A DNA stretch of 64,000 nucleotides from Callorhinchus milii (lineage: Eukaryota): positions 87,980,001 through 88,044,000 of the forward strand of contig NW_024704743.1 in the NCBI RefSeq assembly GCF_018977255.1, in the 5' to 3' direction. The position numbers and the translations under genes are program-made. The notes under the pieces were generated by a model that had not been told where the DNA came from, ran no database searches, and saw only the letters and a list, made by a program, of their open reading frames with translations. Of the stretch, positions 40,381 to 53,352 are shown one piece after another (within the stretch, counting starts at the first letter, position 1; each line of letters starts with the position of its first letter).

Positions 40381-42923
40381 TAACACCTATAAGAACATAA
40401 GAATTTGAAGGCAAAAGAAGACCAAGGTCTATCTAATTTGTCTTCCACCATCATGACAGTTGCTTGACATGTCGTTTCCCAAACTATATACTGTATCCCG
40501 AGATATTATTTTACTATTTTCTACTCTCTCACTGAAGTAGTGTTGTTTCCGCAGATTTGTTCTGAATTTACCCCCTTTCAACCCCCCTATCATGTCAAAA
40601 CATCTGAACGTACTTCATTACTGTCATTTGTCATGACTGTAGACAAACCAGGAATCCAATTTGCACACAGCAACGTCCCATCTTGTGGTTTGTTGGCTAG
40701 GATACTGGGAGAAACTTCCTTCCCTTTTTGAACAGTGTAAAGGAAAATTATGAAAAATAGCAACCTGAAAAAAGACAGGACTTTACTTCAATGTTTAATC
40801 TGAAAAAAATGTAAAAAATAATTTTTTGGTCACTCAATCCATGACTGTTTGTAGGACACTGCTGTGTGCAATTGGCTGCCACGTTATGCCCACAAAAGAT
40901 ATAGTCAATTCACTATATTCTGTGAAACGCTTTGAGATGTCTAGAAGATGTGAAAAGCACTATATCAAATGCAAGGATTATTATTACTTTATTATCTACC
41001 TCTGACAATGCAGCATTAGCCTAGACTATCAGTCCAAAGTCCTGACAGGTAGCTTACACCCACAACCTTCTGACCCAGAGGTGAGTGAAAATGTTACCGA
41101 ACGAAGATTGACACCTTGGCTCCAACCCCGATCTGCTTAGCCCTGAGGTCCTGCTAGTCAGCTTGATGGATATGGGACTTGCTGCAGAAGATGCAGTTTA
41201 CCTGGTGAGGCAATTTTTCTGGCACTGAAAAGCTGGTAACATGACTGCTTTCCTGAGTAATGGTCTACAACTCCACTGACAGGAAACATTTATACTGTGA
41301 ATGAGACTTTGGATTTTCCTCACAACCGTCTCTTTGGGAATTCCTCTTTCCATTGCAATCTCCCCTTAGTTTATTGTCTGAACAAATGATTGAGTTTGAG
41401 CAGACTGCCTATGTACAATAAGTCACTGCTTGGGACACCAATTTCATGTACTCCATTAAGTCACTATAGAAATTGATTGATATATTTTAAAAAATCGCTG
41501 TCAGTACCTATTTAAACGGACAAAGGCAGATTACATTTTCACATCAGATGCTTTCAGAATATCTGTCAATAGGAATATTGTTGGGCTGATTTCTAGATGT
41601 CCGTATTTCACAATGTCTGGTCTCATTTAGACAATATCAATGATATTCCAAAGTCAATCCCAGTGACTGAGAAACATTCATTTGATATAAAGAACATTAG
41701 GATTCCTATGGAAACTATACTATCAGTCAGGAATGCAAAGCCACAATTTTTTTAAAAAAATTCTGCAGTAATAATACCTTTCAAGGCTAAATGCTCCTAG
41801 GGCTATCAGTGACATTTTAGTGGCATGTCTTCTTCATAAGTGAATACATGAGTAGCTGCTGATCGATTGTTGCATGGCGGGCTATTCAGCATCTGCGGGC
41901 TGGTTGTTCAGTGTTGGGGTCTAATCCGTGGTGATTTCTAACAGAATTCCATCAGCTAACCGGAAGTACATCACACATATCATGTGGGGCCTTCGGGAAC
42001 ACTGCTCTGAAAGTACATTGTGTCAGAGCGGAGTTGTCATTGCTCAGCTTGATACACATTCAGTTCCTTTAGTAAGCAGTCCCATCAGATACCCAGTTGA
42101 TTCGCCCAAGCTGAATGTGACCCAGGACTCCACAAGGTCTATTACATTACGTCCTCCAGATGTAAAAAGGCGCTATATCAAATCCAAGGATTGTTATTGT
42201 TGTTGTATTAACCTTGCGGCATATTTCTCCAGCTGCATCGGTTACGCAAAGGTTCGGCAAGTATTAAGCATAGACCAGGGAGTTTGAGGATCTCAGAGCC
42301 GTAAGGGAGAAGACGTTGATGGGAGCCAAGGAGTATGGCTTTTGTCTTATTGACATTCAACTGAAGGATGTTCGCGCTGATCCAGGCCTTGATTTCTGAC
42401 AAACAATCTAACAGTCTCTTCACACCCTGGCACCTCGCACTTCTCTGATCTGCTCCCACTCCAGTCCACCACCTTCTGTCTTTGCTCAGCATATCTTCTG
42501 CATATCCCTTGTCTCCCTTCGCTCCACCATTGGTGGCTGTGCTTTCAGCCATTATGTCCAAATCTCTGGAACTCACTGCCTCAGCTCGGCGTCAAACCAT
42601 TCCACTGTTAAGCAGTCGGAGAAGAAAGCTGCGCAAAGGATGCTATATAAGTGATGTTGTTGTATTTGAGATTAAAGAATTATTAAGCATGATTCTTGAA
42701 TAGATGAAGAATCATTGGTTTAAACAGGGTTCTATAATTCAAAAGTTAGCACAAATCAACCAAAACGGCAATAAGGTTTCTCTCCCTCCCCACTTGCTCT
42801 TTGATTTCTAGGGAATGATCCTGGATTTTTGCATTGCTGTTCATGTCCCTATAGCTAGGTTCTGCCTCCCCTCAATGCATTTGATTGCCACTTGCATTTG
42901 TAAAAACATAACTGGTACAATTT

Positions 42924-43244
42924 GTGGAGTCCTGTAGCTCAGTGGTTAGAGCACTCGCTTTGCAAGTGAGAGACCTGAGTTCAATTCCAGGCAGGGCGAA
43001 ACCTTGGGCAAGTTTCCTTACTCCACACAGAGCCTAATAATAATCCTTCCAAAACCAAAACCAATAATAAATTGGTCATTTTCAATCTACGACTGTTTGT
43101 GGGACATTGCTGTGCGCAATTGACTGCCGCGTTCGCCCACAAATATACAGTCAATTCACTTTACAGTGTGTTCTGTGAAGCGCTTTGGGACGTCCTCCCG
43201 ACGTGAAAAGCGCTATATCAAATGGAAGGATTATTATTATTATT
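42924..43244 (+). mobile_element. tRNA-Ala-derived composite SINE (family A), young copy
   Basis: A box tagctcagtgg, anticodon arm ctcgc-tttgcaa-gtgag, B box gttcaattcc, CORE-like accttgggcaagtttcctta, Deu-like ctgtttgtgggacattgctgtgcgcaattg, L2-type stem-loop, (ATT)n tail. Confidence 0.95.
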
Positions 43245-45339
43245 AAAAGGACATGCCCTACCCATGTGCTAGCCTGCCAGTGTAAGTGAGTAATGATTCG
43301 ACATCTATCAGACTCTAGAGATGTAAACTCTGGAAGTTTACAGGCATCCTTTCAAACAAGAAGCACATTTCAAGGCCATGAAGTAATGATTGTTGGAACA
43401 TGTAATTGGATCTTTACTTGCTTTTTGTCAACAAAATAACTACTAGGCTTCAGACAGGGAAAAGGTGATCTTCTGTTCATCCCCGGTTTATTTATTATGA
43501 AATCCTACCCCAGTCTGCTCACCCTTAATTGTCCATCCTATGTGTGGTGTGGGTGATGCACACACAATGCTGAGGAAATATTAAAAAGAGACTTTTGGAC
43601 TGTTTTTATGATACAAAAGTGTGATTCCATTATAACGAGGTGTTTCGGGTCCATTATCACATATCAATGGGGGAAAAAAGTAGACACCAGCCCCAATTCT
43701 AGGGCATCAGGGCATCGGGCCATTGCTGACAACACTTCCAGCTCACAAGAAAGGGTTGGCTGGCTTCCTACGTGCAGGAAACTGGTAGACAGCTGCAGCT
43801 GCTCCTGTGAGCAGTTCTAGCGCTAGGAATACTCAAAAGAGCAGATGACCAGTCCATTTCCTGTGTAAATGTGCCAGGAAGCTGGCCAGTGTTCATGGAA
43901 GCAAAGGTGTACTGCAATTATGATAACCATGGGTACCCAGAACAGTAATACTGTTATAATAATCCTTGCACCTGATGTAACACTTTATCACATTGTCAAA
44001 ACATCTCAAAGTGCTTTACAGTATTTTACCATAAAGTGTAGTGACTAGTCGTAGGTGAACTTGACAACCAATGTGCACACAGCTTCTGTATTACCCCACA
44101 CTTTCAAGTTGAATATGTGAAATAGGTAGGACTGGGAATGATAATGTTTCTTGCAACTAAAATCAAACAGCTGTTGTAATGTTACGGGTTACTTGAGCAG
44201 TCAGATACCTGAGCAATTATTTATCCATTCAACACAGCCCTCAATCTAACAACATTGGAGATTCTAATCTTTCCTCTAATACTTTTCGTGTTTTTTATCA
44301 ACATTGGCGCATAGGTTCTCTGACAGATAACTCTTGATGTGAAAATGTAATTTAGCTTTGCCCTGAAAACTTCTGAAAGATTGAAGTGTGCTGTCTATTT
44401 AGGCTTTAATGGTACTTAAGTCTGTTAGTCTTTCTGGTTATCAGCTGGAACAAAACGGGACAATGATAGTGGATTAACTTCCCCTGAGGCTTACTTTGGG
44501 CCGTCTGTTTTCTTTGTGTTGGACTTTTCTCCTTTATAAACCTCGATCATTTGGTTATGTTTTGTTGCCTGGAGGTCTTTTGCTGCAGGATACAGATTAA
44601 GTACAGACGGGAAGCTTTTTTTTCATCTTCTGCATTTTGGATAGCAGATGGTTGTAGCCCAACAGGTGCACTCAGACCATTCCACCAAGTTTTACATCTG
44701 CTGGGCATGCAAACAAGATGTTAGCTGCTCCACCAGGCCAGCTGCAACTTTTACCGTTACCAGCTCTGCAATGGATAAGGTGGTGAGAGTGAAGGCTGGT
44801 GACCTTTGACTGGCAGCCCACTGTGCAGTGATGCATGAAAAGGCTAGACTTTCAAAGTATGCTTTGATCATTACTTTACATAGTGAAAACGGAGAAAGAG
44901 CATAAGGTGAATGTCTCTCACAGGAAGTGATGGACAGGTTTGTTTATGAGACTGGAATCTAAGATGGTGATAGATTTTGACTGTGATCAGATTGAGTGTA
45001 AAATTGTTTTGATATATGAAGCTGAGACTATAAAACCTGCTGAATTGATTGAGATGAATTGGATGTTTACTTTCATTACCCAATAAAGTTCCTGCGTGAT
45101 AGGTAATATAAGGATATAAATTCACTTTGTACCTTTAATCATGGCAAAATAGTATATAGTAAAGGTGTATAATACATTGAAAAAATCTAGTTGTGTGTTT
45201 AGTATAGTATTGACAGTAATAGTAAGAGTTACAGGGCCATCATTATATAATGAAGTCTTGCCTTGGATGCAAAAAATATTCCACAATGTGAAAAACAATG
45301 GCTGACAATCCTGCGTCTGATTCATCCAGTCATCGCTGA

Positions 45340-45515
45340 CATTGTTTCCTGTTTGTTGTGCTTATACTCGAAAAGGAAGATGCGCCTCTGAAATTAGTAC
45401 CTTTGCAAAGTGATGTCAGCAGCACTTCCGTGTATAGAGTAAATGAGCAGCACCTAGGAAATGATGTTAACACCACTTCCTGTCCATTTGTGTACCGCGT
45501 AGGAAGTGTGGTCAT
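45340..45515. promoter_or_regulatory. ETS-site cluster with ETS-RUNX composite; candidate enhancer or alternative promoter
   Basis: Six GGAA cores in about 170 bp (45345, 45374, 45423, 45456, 45474, 45501); AGGAAGTGTGGT at 45501. Confidence 0.5.
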
Positions 45516-45530
45516 CTGCCAATCCAGAAG
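45503..45530 (+). other. Possible 28-nt micro-exon or end of an alternative first exon
   Basis: Possible branch tgttaac, acceptor ttcctgtccatttgtgtaccgcgtag|, strong donor AAG|gtgagc; lies in an ETS-motif cluster. Confidence 0.35.
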
Positions 45531-45797
45531 GTGAGCATTTTTTAGTGTGGGAAGCCAGCTAGTTAGCACCAGAAGCGGGGTATAGTGCTTCTGATAAAGA
45601 ACAGATCATAGTGGACTGCAAGTGAACCCGTGCTCAACTGGGACACCTACTGATGGGGTTGCCCTGTATTGAAGCTGGATGTCAATGTAAAGCTCTCAGA
45701 GTGTTCTGAATATGTTGTAAGTATAGTTACCAAATAATAATAATAATAAACCTTGCATTTACCATAGTACCTTTCACATCAAAAGGACACCCCAAAT

Positions 45798-46220
45798 CAA
45801 CAACAACAACAACAAAATTACATTTGTATAGTGCCTTTCATGTTGGGAGGATGTCCCAAGGTGCTGGCCAAACAGAGTTTCGGACCCGAGCTGGGGGTTG
45901 GGATCGGGGAGGGTGGAGGGCAGTGGGGAAGCAGGGAGACCGAACGCATCGTTGAAGAGGAAGGTCTTGAGATGGGTCTTGAAGGAGGTAAGGGAGGGGG
46001 AGAGGCGAAGGGACTGGGGGATGGAGTTCCAGAGGGTGGCAGCAGAGTGGCAGAAGGCCCACCCACCAATAGTGGGGCAAGTGAGGCGGGGGACGTGAAG
46101 CAGGCCGGAGCCCGCTGTGTGGAGGGAGCGAGCATGATGGTAGGGGGTTAGGAGGTCGCAGAGGTAGGGGGGAGCAAGACCATGGAGGGCTTTGAAGGTG
46201 AGGACCAGGAATCTTGAACT
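45798..46220 (-). mobile_element. 5'-truncated L2
   Basis: (CAA)n tail, stem-loop, similarity to 23281-23700; a shorter copy at 46570-46712. Confidence 0.92.
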
Positions 46221-48950
46221 GTATCAGGATATACTGTATATTATGTTGCTTTGTAAAAGGAGCATTTCCCATTAAATTTCAATATTCAAATCTCACAGTT
46301 TTGTATTTTGACTATGTGGTGATCCATGACACTATAGTAATTTACTCCGCAATCCAGAAATAGTTGCTCTGACAACCTCCTAATGTAATCAGCTTGGCCT
46401 GTGAGATTTTACGGAAGTAGAAGAGTTCGAGAGGTTGTGAGCTAAGTTTAAGGAGAACAAAGTAAACAATATGTCTAATGTGCAAATATATGCAAACCAG
46501 ATTTCATGTGATAACTGCTGAAACTCAGCCAAGTGAAAAATCAAAACAATATCATTTTTATTTCAAAATACAACAAAAACAACAACAAAATTATGTTTGT
46601 ATAGCGTGTTTCATGTCGAGAGGGCATCCCAAGGTGCTGGACAGTCAGCGTTTCGGACCCGAGCTGGGGTTCGGGGTCGAGGAGGGTGGAGGCCAGGGGG
46701 GGAAGCAGGGAGGTCATAACATCCAAATAATACCAAAATACTGCAATGTTTTAATGGAAGCATAAGGAAATCAGGTCATTGTTAAGTATTTTAATATTAA
46801 ATAGTTAATGTCATACTAAGAATTAATTATAAAGTGATCTGATCAAATATTCTATTTCAATAACTGCAGATGTCCCTCTCGCCCTGTGCTTGCCCTCCGC
46901 TCTCCCTGTTCTGTCAAGATCAAATATTGCAGGTCGTAAATCTTGAGTTAGCAATCCAGTAAGTTAAAATGCTGACATATAAGACAGAACTTTTATTTTA
47001 TATGTATAACTTTTATAAGCAGGCACTTTATTACATGGAAACATCTCACTTCACTAATTATTGTCATATGTGGTTACTCTTTGCTTGTGCAGGTAAATGC
47101 AGCAGCTATTTGCACCAGAAAGCTCCCACAAACAAAACCTAATTTCAATAACTAATTACAGTAATGGGAGGAATGTTGGCCAGGATACCAGGACACCTTT
47201 TTTTTCCAATAGTGCCATGGATTCTTAAATGTGTACCTGTAGGTCAGTCAGACTGTACTCGCTTTAATTAACCAGTTCACCTCTCATAATGCAGCATTTT
47301 GCCATTAATGCATTGGAGTGTCAGCCTTGACAATTTACAAAGTTTTGCACGCAACAAATTCATTTATAAAGTTGAACAGTGACACTCTTTGATGGCTCAG
47401 CGGGTAGCTGAGTTATACAGACAGAAAGGTCCCAGGTGGTAATGCTGAATTAGCTAACTCAGCTAGTGTCATGAGGAGCTCTACAATTTATAATTTATAG
47501 TAATAATCCTTACATTTGGAGGAGGACATCTTAAAGCACTTCACAGGAGTTATATGTGTATTTTGTAGGCAAAATTGGCACGGAAGCCAATTTGCGCACA
47601 ACAATGTCTCACAATCATTTTACCCAAAGGATGGCATCTCCAAAAGTGCATTCCCAGCATTTTATTGGAGTGTCAGCTTGGATTATAGGAGGTCAAAGTC
47701 CCGAAGTGAGCTTGAACCCACAGCTTTATGACTCAGAAATGAGAGTACTACCAACTCAACCAGGCTGACACCTGCACAGACTAGTTGGGTGAATGGCCTG
47801 TTGTGATGCTGTAAATTCCAACCAAAACAACATAATTACATCTGTAAAGCGCCTTTCACATTGGGAGGACGTTCCAAAGCATTGTACTTCCAGGTAATTC
47901 TATATGAAAAAAAAGCAAAGCTTTTCTCATTCAGTGCCTTGGGACGTCCTCCCGACATGAAAGGTGCTATACAGATGTAATTTTGTATTGTATTGAAAAG
48001 TTTCTTGAATTATAATAATAATAAAAATAATTTGCCCTTAATTCTTGGGAAAGGAAACTTTGTCAGAACTCTCACTACTGAGGCCTGAAATTTCACAGGA
48101 TATTTGCCTTAAGACTATTGCTTTAAAATTATTGCACCTAAGGCCTGGAATACCACCAAGTCTTGACCTGTAAGACTATTCTTCCTTTAAAAATTAACAT
48201 TGCACGGATTTGTAGATAATTTGTAAATTCAGTCCTAATTTTTGTTCAGCACTGCAAAAAAACAGCCTATAAACCACGACTGAATTCAAGATTTCCACAA
48301 TTCTGAGCAATGATCCAGTAATGAAAAAAATTAGTTAAGAGCCCAGGTTTTCAGTACATTGGAGGTGTTATTATGTAACCAAACTCACTACTCATCCTCT
48401 GAATCTCATTACAAAACTCAGCTATGTATATTCCCCAGGCTCTCTCCACATTGAATACCTGACCTAGCCCTGCTATCTGCTTGATCTATCTGATCACTAA
48501 TGTGCAGTTGTGCATGAAAAGCCAGTTTAGATCTTCACAGAATCAATATATCTGGTGGAAATGATTGCACCACTCTACAGTGTGTCTCATTCTCTCGTCA
48601 AAGTTGTCAACTTTCAAGCCCAGGGAAAAACGAAGGTACATAAAATCACTGGAGTTTTATGTAAGAAGTATCTTGGATTGAAATCAAACTATTAACCTTT
48701 TGAGTACTGAATTTCATTTCAAGCTGCCACAATTTGTGCTTCTCTTTAAAATCAATAAATTGTTTGTGTATAGCTTCAGATCTGAATTTAATAAAGCCAA
48801 ATTGCAGAACTGAGGGTTAGAGAGTGTGGGAGGGAGGTTAGGGAGAAAGCGAGTAGGATGGGTGGAGACTCATGCGTAGCATAAATACTAGTATGGATTA
48901 GTTGGGTCAATTGACTTGTTTCAGTGCTGTAAATTTCATATATTCTACTT

Positions 48951-51900
48951 AACAACAACAACAACAACAAGATTCCATTTATTGAGCGCCTTTCACGTCG
49001 GGAAGACGTCCCAAGGCGCTATACAGTTGGGTCAGGACCCGAGCAGGGGGGAAATGGTCAGGGTGAGGGGAGGGAAGGGAGGGAGCGAGGAGGGGGTAGA
49101 GAGTCGAGAGGAGAGCTGAAGGCACGGTCAAAGAGATAGGTCTTGAGACCGGCCTTGAAGGAGGAAAGGGAGGAAGCGGCGAAGGCACTGGGGGATAGAG
49201 TTACAGAGCTTCGGGGCTGAGAGGCTGAAGGCCCGACCACCGAATGGTAGGGCGGTTGGGGCGGGGGATGTGGAGCAGACCGGAGCCAGAGGAACGGAGG
49301 GTTCAGGCAGGTAAGTAGGGGGATAGTAGGACGGAGAGGTAGGAGGGAGCAAGGCCGTGAATGGCCTTGTAGGTGAGGGTGAGGATCTTGAATTTGATCC
49401 TCTGGGGGATGGGGAGCCAGTGGAGGCGAGCGAGGGTGGGAGTGATGTGGTCGCGAAGCCTGGTGCGGGACAGTACACGAGCTGCAGAGTTCTGAATGAC
49501 CTGCAGCTTGTGGAGGGAGGTGCCGGGAAGGCCGGCGAGGAGAGAGTTCCCATAGTCCAGCCTTGAGGTGATAAAGGCGTGAACCAGGGTTTCAGCAGCG
49601 TGAGGGGTGAGGTAGTGCCGTAGTCTGGCGACATTCCGGAGGTGATGGAAGGCGGTGCCAGTTGTTGCGCGGATATGGGGGAGAAAGGACAGCTCAGGGT
49701 CGAACAGAACCCCGAGGTTCCTGACCGGCTTTGAGAGGTGGAGAGTGCAGCCTTGGATGCTGATGCTGTCAGCGCCTGAGGTGCGGAGGCGCTGACGTGA
49801 GCCAATCAGGAGGGCCTCAGTTTTGCGCACGTTGAGCTGGAGAAAGTTATCTCTCGTCCAGGACTCGATGTCGGACAGGCAGCTGTCAGGACATCGGTGG
49901 TCGTGGAGTTGAGGGTAGAGGAGGAAAGGTAGAGTTGGGTGTCATCCGCATACATGTGGAAGTTAACCCCATGTCTGCGGATGATGTCACCAAGGGGGAG
50001 CATATAGAGGGTGAAGAGGAGGGGACCGAGGACAGAGCCCTGAGGGACACCGCACGAGACAGTGCGGGGGCTGGAGGAAAAACCATTTGTGGAGACAAAG
50101 TGAAGACGGTGGGAGAGGTACGACCTAAACCACTCAAGGACAGGGCCTTGAAGGTTTAGGTGGGAGGACAAGCGGTGGAGGAGGATAGCATGGTCGACCG
50201 TATCGAATGCTGCCGATAGGTCGAGGAGGACGAGGAGGCAGAGGGAGCCCTGGTCACAGATGGTCAGGATGTCATTGGTGACCTTGACCAGGGCAGTTTC
50301 TGTGCTATGGGCAGCACGGAAACCCGATTGAAGGGGTTCGAATAGTGAATGGTTGGAGAGGAAAGAGCGCAGCTGGGAGGCGACAACTCGTTCCAGGACC
50401 TTGGATAGGAAGGGGAGGTTGGAGATGGGCCGGTAGCTTGATAGCTGCGACGCATCAAGGGAGGGTTTTTTTAAGGTGGGAGTGATGGTGGCAGTTTTTA
50501 AGGGAATGGGAAAAGAGCCAGAGGAGAGGGACAGGTTGACGATGTCTGTGATATGTGGGGCAAGGAGGTGGAGCTGGGAGATAAGGAGTGGAGTGGGGAT
50601 GGGGTCAAGGGAGCAGGTGGTAGGTTTCAGGGAGAGGATGAGTTTGGTGACAGAGGATGGGGAAACGGGTACGAAGGTGTGTAGGGGAGGATGGGTAGGA
50701 GTCGGAGTGTGGGAGGGAAGGGGTGGGTGGATGTTGGAGGGGAAGTGACCGCGGAGCGGATTCCCTTGATCTTGGATTCAAGGAAATCCAGCATCTCCTC
50801 GCAGTGAAGGTTGGAGGAGATGACCTGCGCGGGGTGGCGGGGGGGCGGAGGAGTTGGGATGTGGTAGAGAACAGTAGCCTGGGGTTGTCCTTCGCCTCCA
50901 GGATTATCCTGGAGTAGAAGGACGATTTGGCCGAGGCTAGAGTGGAGCGGTAGATTTTGAGGAGGTCCAGCCAGATTTGTCGGTGGACCGTTAGGCCAGA
51001 TTTGACCCAGGTGCGTTCAGCGGCCCGCACCTGGCTCTTCAGTGAGCGGAGGTGGGTGGTGAACCAGGGGGAGGAGCGAGAGTAGGAGACAGTACGGGAG
51101 GTGATAGGGGCAAGAGTGTCAAGTGTGGAGGAGAGGGTGTTGTGGAGGAGGGTGAGAGCAGAAGAGGGGTCGGTGAGGGTTGAAGGCCAGAGGGAGAGGA
51201 GTTCAGAGGACTCCAAGGCAGTGGTTAGGGATTGAGGGGGTAACTTCTTCCAAGGGCGGTAGAAGATGGTGGTGGGTCTGGTGGAGGTGGGGAGGGGGGT
51301 GGAGGTGGTGAAGGAGATGAAGTGGTGGTCGGAGATGGCCTTATCGGTGATGGTGACATCCGAGACACTGAGGCCCCGGGTGATCACCAAGTCGAGTGGG
51401 TGGCCGTGACTGTGAGTGGGGGAGTTGATGTGAAGGGAGGGGTTGAGCGAGGAGAGCAGGGAAGAGAAATCTGAGGAGATTGAGCAGGAGGGGGTGAAGT
51501 GTAGGTTAAAGTCGCCCAGGATGATGAGGCGATCAGAGCAGAGGCAGAGAGATGTGAGAAGTGTTGAGATATCAGAGATAAAGGTGGGAGAGGTTTTAGG
51601 GGGCCGGTAGAGGAGGAGGATTTTAAGTGAGAGGAAGGAGGGGTGGGAGAGGGTGAGGTGCTCAAAAGAGGGGAAAGAGCCAGAGGAGTAGGGGGATAGG
51701 GCAAGTGGTGTCCTTGAGATAAGGGCAACACCACCGCCACGGTTGGGGCGAGGGATGTGGTGGGAGGTGTAGCCGGGTGCTGTGGCTTCCGTGAGGGGGA
51801 AGGTGCCGCCTGGGGTGAGCCAGGTTTCCGTTAAGGCCATGATATCAACGTTCTCATCAAGGATGAGATCGTTGATGACCAGGGCCTTGTTACAGAGGGA

Positions 51901-52311
51901 GCGGACATTTTGCAGTCCGATGTGGATGGAGCGGTTGACAGAAGGGTGTGTGGGGAGGGAGGGGGGTCCGGTTGTGAGGCAGGGGTGGGGGAATGGGGTA
52001 AGGGAGGAGAGGTTGGCTCCCCGGGTCTGTGTCCGGGGTGGCTGGCGAGTGTGGTGGGGAATGGGGCAGTCGGTGTGGCTGCTGCTGGACAGCCAACGCC
52101 GAGTGCCACGGTGAGCCCGGCAGAGGATTCCCAGGCTGGAGCAGAGGGAGGTTGTGGGAGGGTCAAGTGGGGATAGAAGGCGAGGGGGACGGAGAGAGAG
52201 GAGGAGAGAGCGGGAGAGATGCAGAGGGGGAAGAGTTTGGGGGTAGAGAGGAGGGAGGAGGGAGGGAGGGGGTGAGGGGGTGAGGGTCATAGCGGCAGCC
52301 ATATTGCGCAC
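48951..52311 (-). mobile_element. Near-full-length young L2-clade LINE (ORF2: APE endonuclease + reverse transcriptase), disabled
   Basis: EN motifs LQNVRSL, ALTETWL, ILGDFNLH, GHPLDL, ISDH. RT motifs [50 protein letters not shown]. 3' stem-loop and (TTG)n tail. GC- and CpG-rich. Confidence 0.97.
49130..52302 (-). pseudogene. L2 ORF2 broken by about four frameshifts and one nonsense codon
   Basis: Homologous reading changes frame near 50840, about 50710, 49880 and 49240; TGA at 49303-49305 where CGA would be expected. Confidence 0.85.
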
Positions 52312-52599
52312 GTGGGAAAATAAAAATAGTATTCAAATGTTTTTCTCACTATTCTCATTACAATGTGAGAGATATTATTCCCCCTCTTGTTTTGGAACCC
52401 CAGTGCTTTTGTATTCATCAAATGTTTCTGGAATAAATGCCAAATTAAAAATTGCATCCAATTGGAGTCTTACATTATTAGACCATGTGCATGTGGATCT
52501 GACTATATTGTGGGTTTTTTTAATTCAATTTTTACCTGGTTCTGAAATCCTTATGCTGAATCACTCAATGCACTCTTTTAGCAATCTCTCTAAACACTA

Positions 52600-52722
52600 T
52601 TATGTCCATCCTCTACACACTCCTGTATCTGTCCTTTACACACACCCATCCCTATAATTATCCACTATATACTCCTGTGTCTATCCTCCACACATTCCTC
52701 TGGTTATTCCTCAACACACTCT
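52600..52722. repeat. Degenerate C/T/A-rich minisatellite
   Basis: Recurring tcctctacacactcctgt-like units. Confidence 0.55.
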
Positions 52723-52976
52723 TCTTGCTGACATTTATTTGGCGAAAAATACGGTATGTCGGGTATTAGATAAGGGTCTAATTTCCAAAAATTTTAATAG
52801 GATTCCAGGAAACGGGATACTGGAAGTAAATCACAACAGTGACTCATAGAAATTCCACTCTTGACATAACGTTTGTTCAAAGTCGAGTGCCCATGCCTTG
52901 GGGTGATGTGCAAAATGTACATTTGGTTAGTGGAAAGGGTCTGCAGTCAGATTCGTTATTTAGGAATCTTGTTAGA

Positions 52977-53352
52977 AATAATAATAATCCTTGCATTTGA
53001 TATAGCACCTTATCACATCTTTGAGACGTCTCAAAGCGCTTCACAGGATACACTGTAAAGTGAATTGGTTGTATATTTTGTGGGCGAAACATGCCTGCCA
53101 ATTCCACACAGCAACGACCCACAAACACTCGTGGAATGAAGTGACCAACTTATTATAATTTTTTTGAAAGAATTATTACCCCTGGAAAAACGATTCACCA
53201 ATCAACTAACAACCGGGTTTTCCTACTTATTGCTAGGTAAACAATGATGTGTGGAGTAAGGAAACGTACCCAACATTTTGACCTGCTTGAATCGAACCCA
53301 GGTCTCTCACTTGCGAGGCGAGTGTTCTATCCATTGAGCTACAGAACACCTA
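52977..53352 (-). mobile_element. Family A SINE (long-core variant)
   Basis: All modules present in reverse complement. Confidence 0.92.

Noticed and set aside
42924..43000. tRNA-Ala(TGC) gene
   Set aside because: No matching acceptor stem, and it runs directly into a SINE body and tail. It is a SINE head.
50476..52283. Plus-strand Gly/Arg-rich ORFs
   Set aside because: Antisense shadows of the C-rich L2 ORF2.
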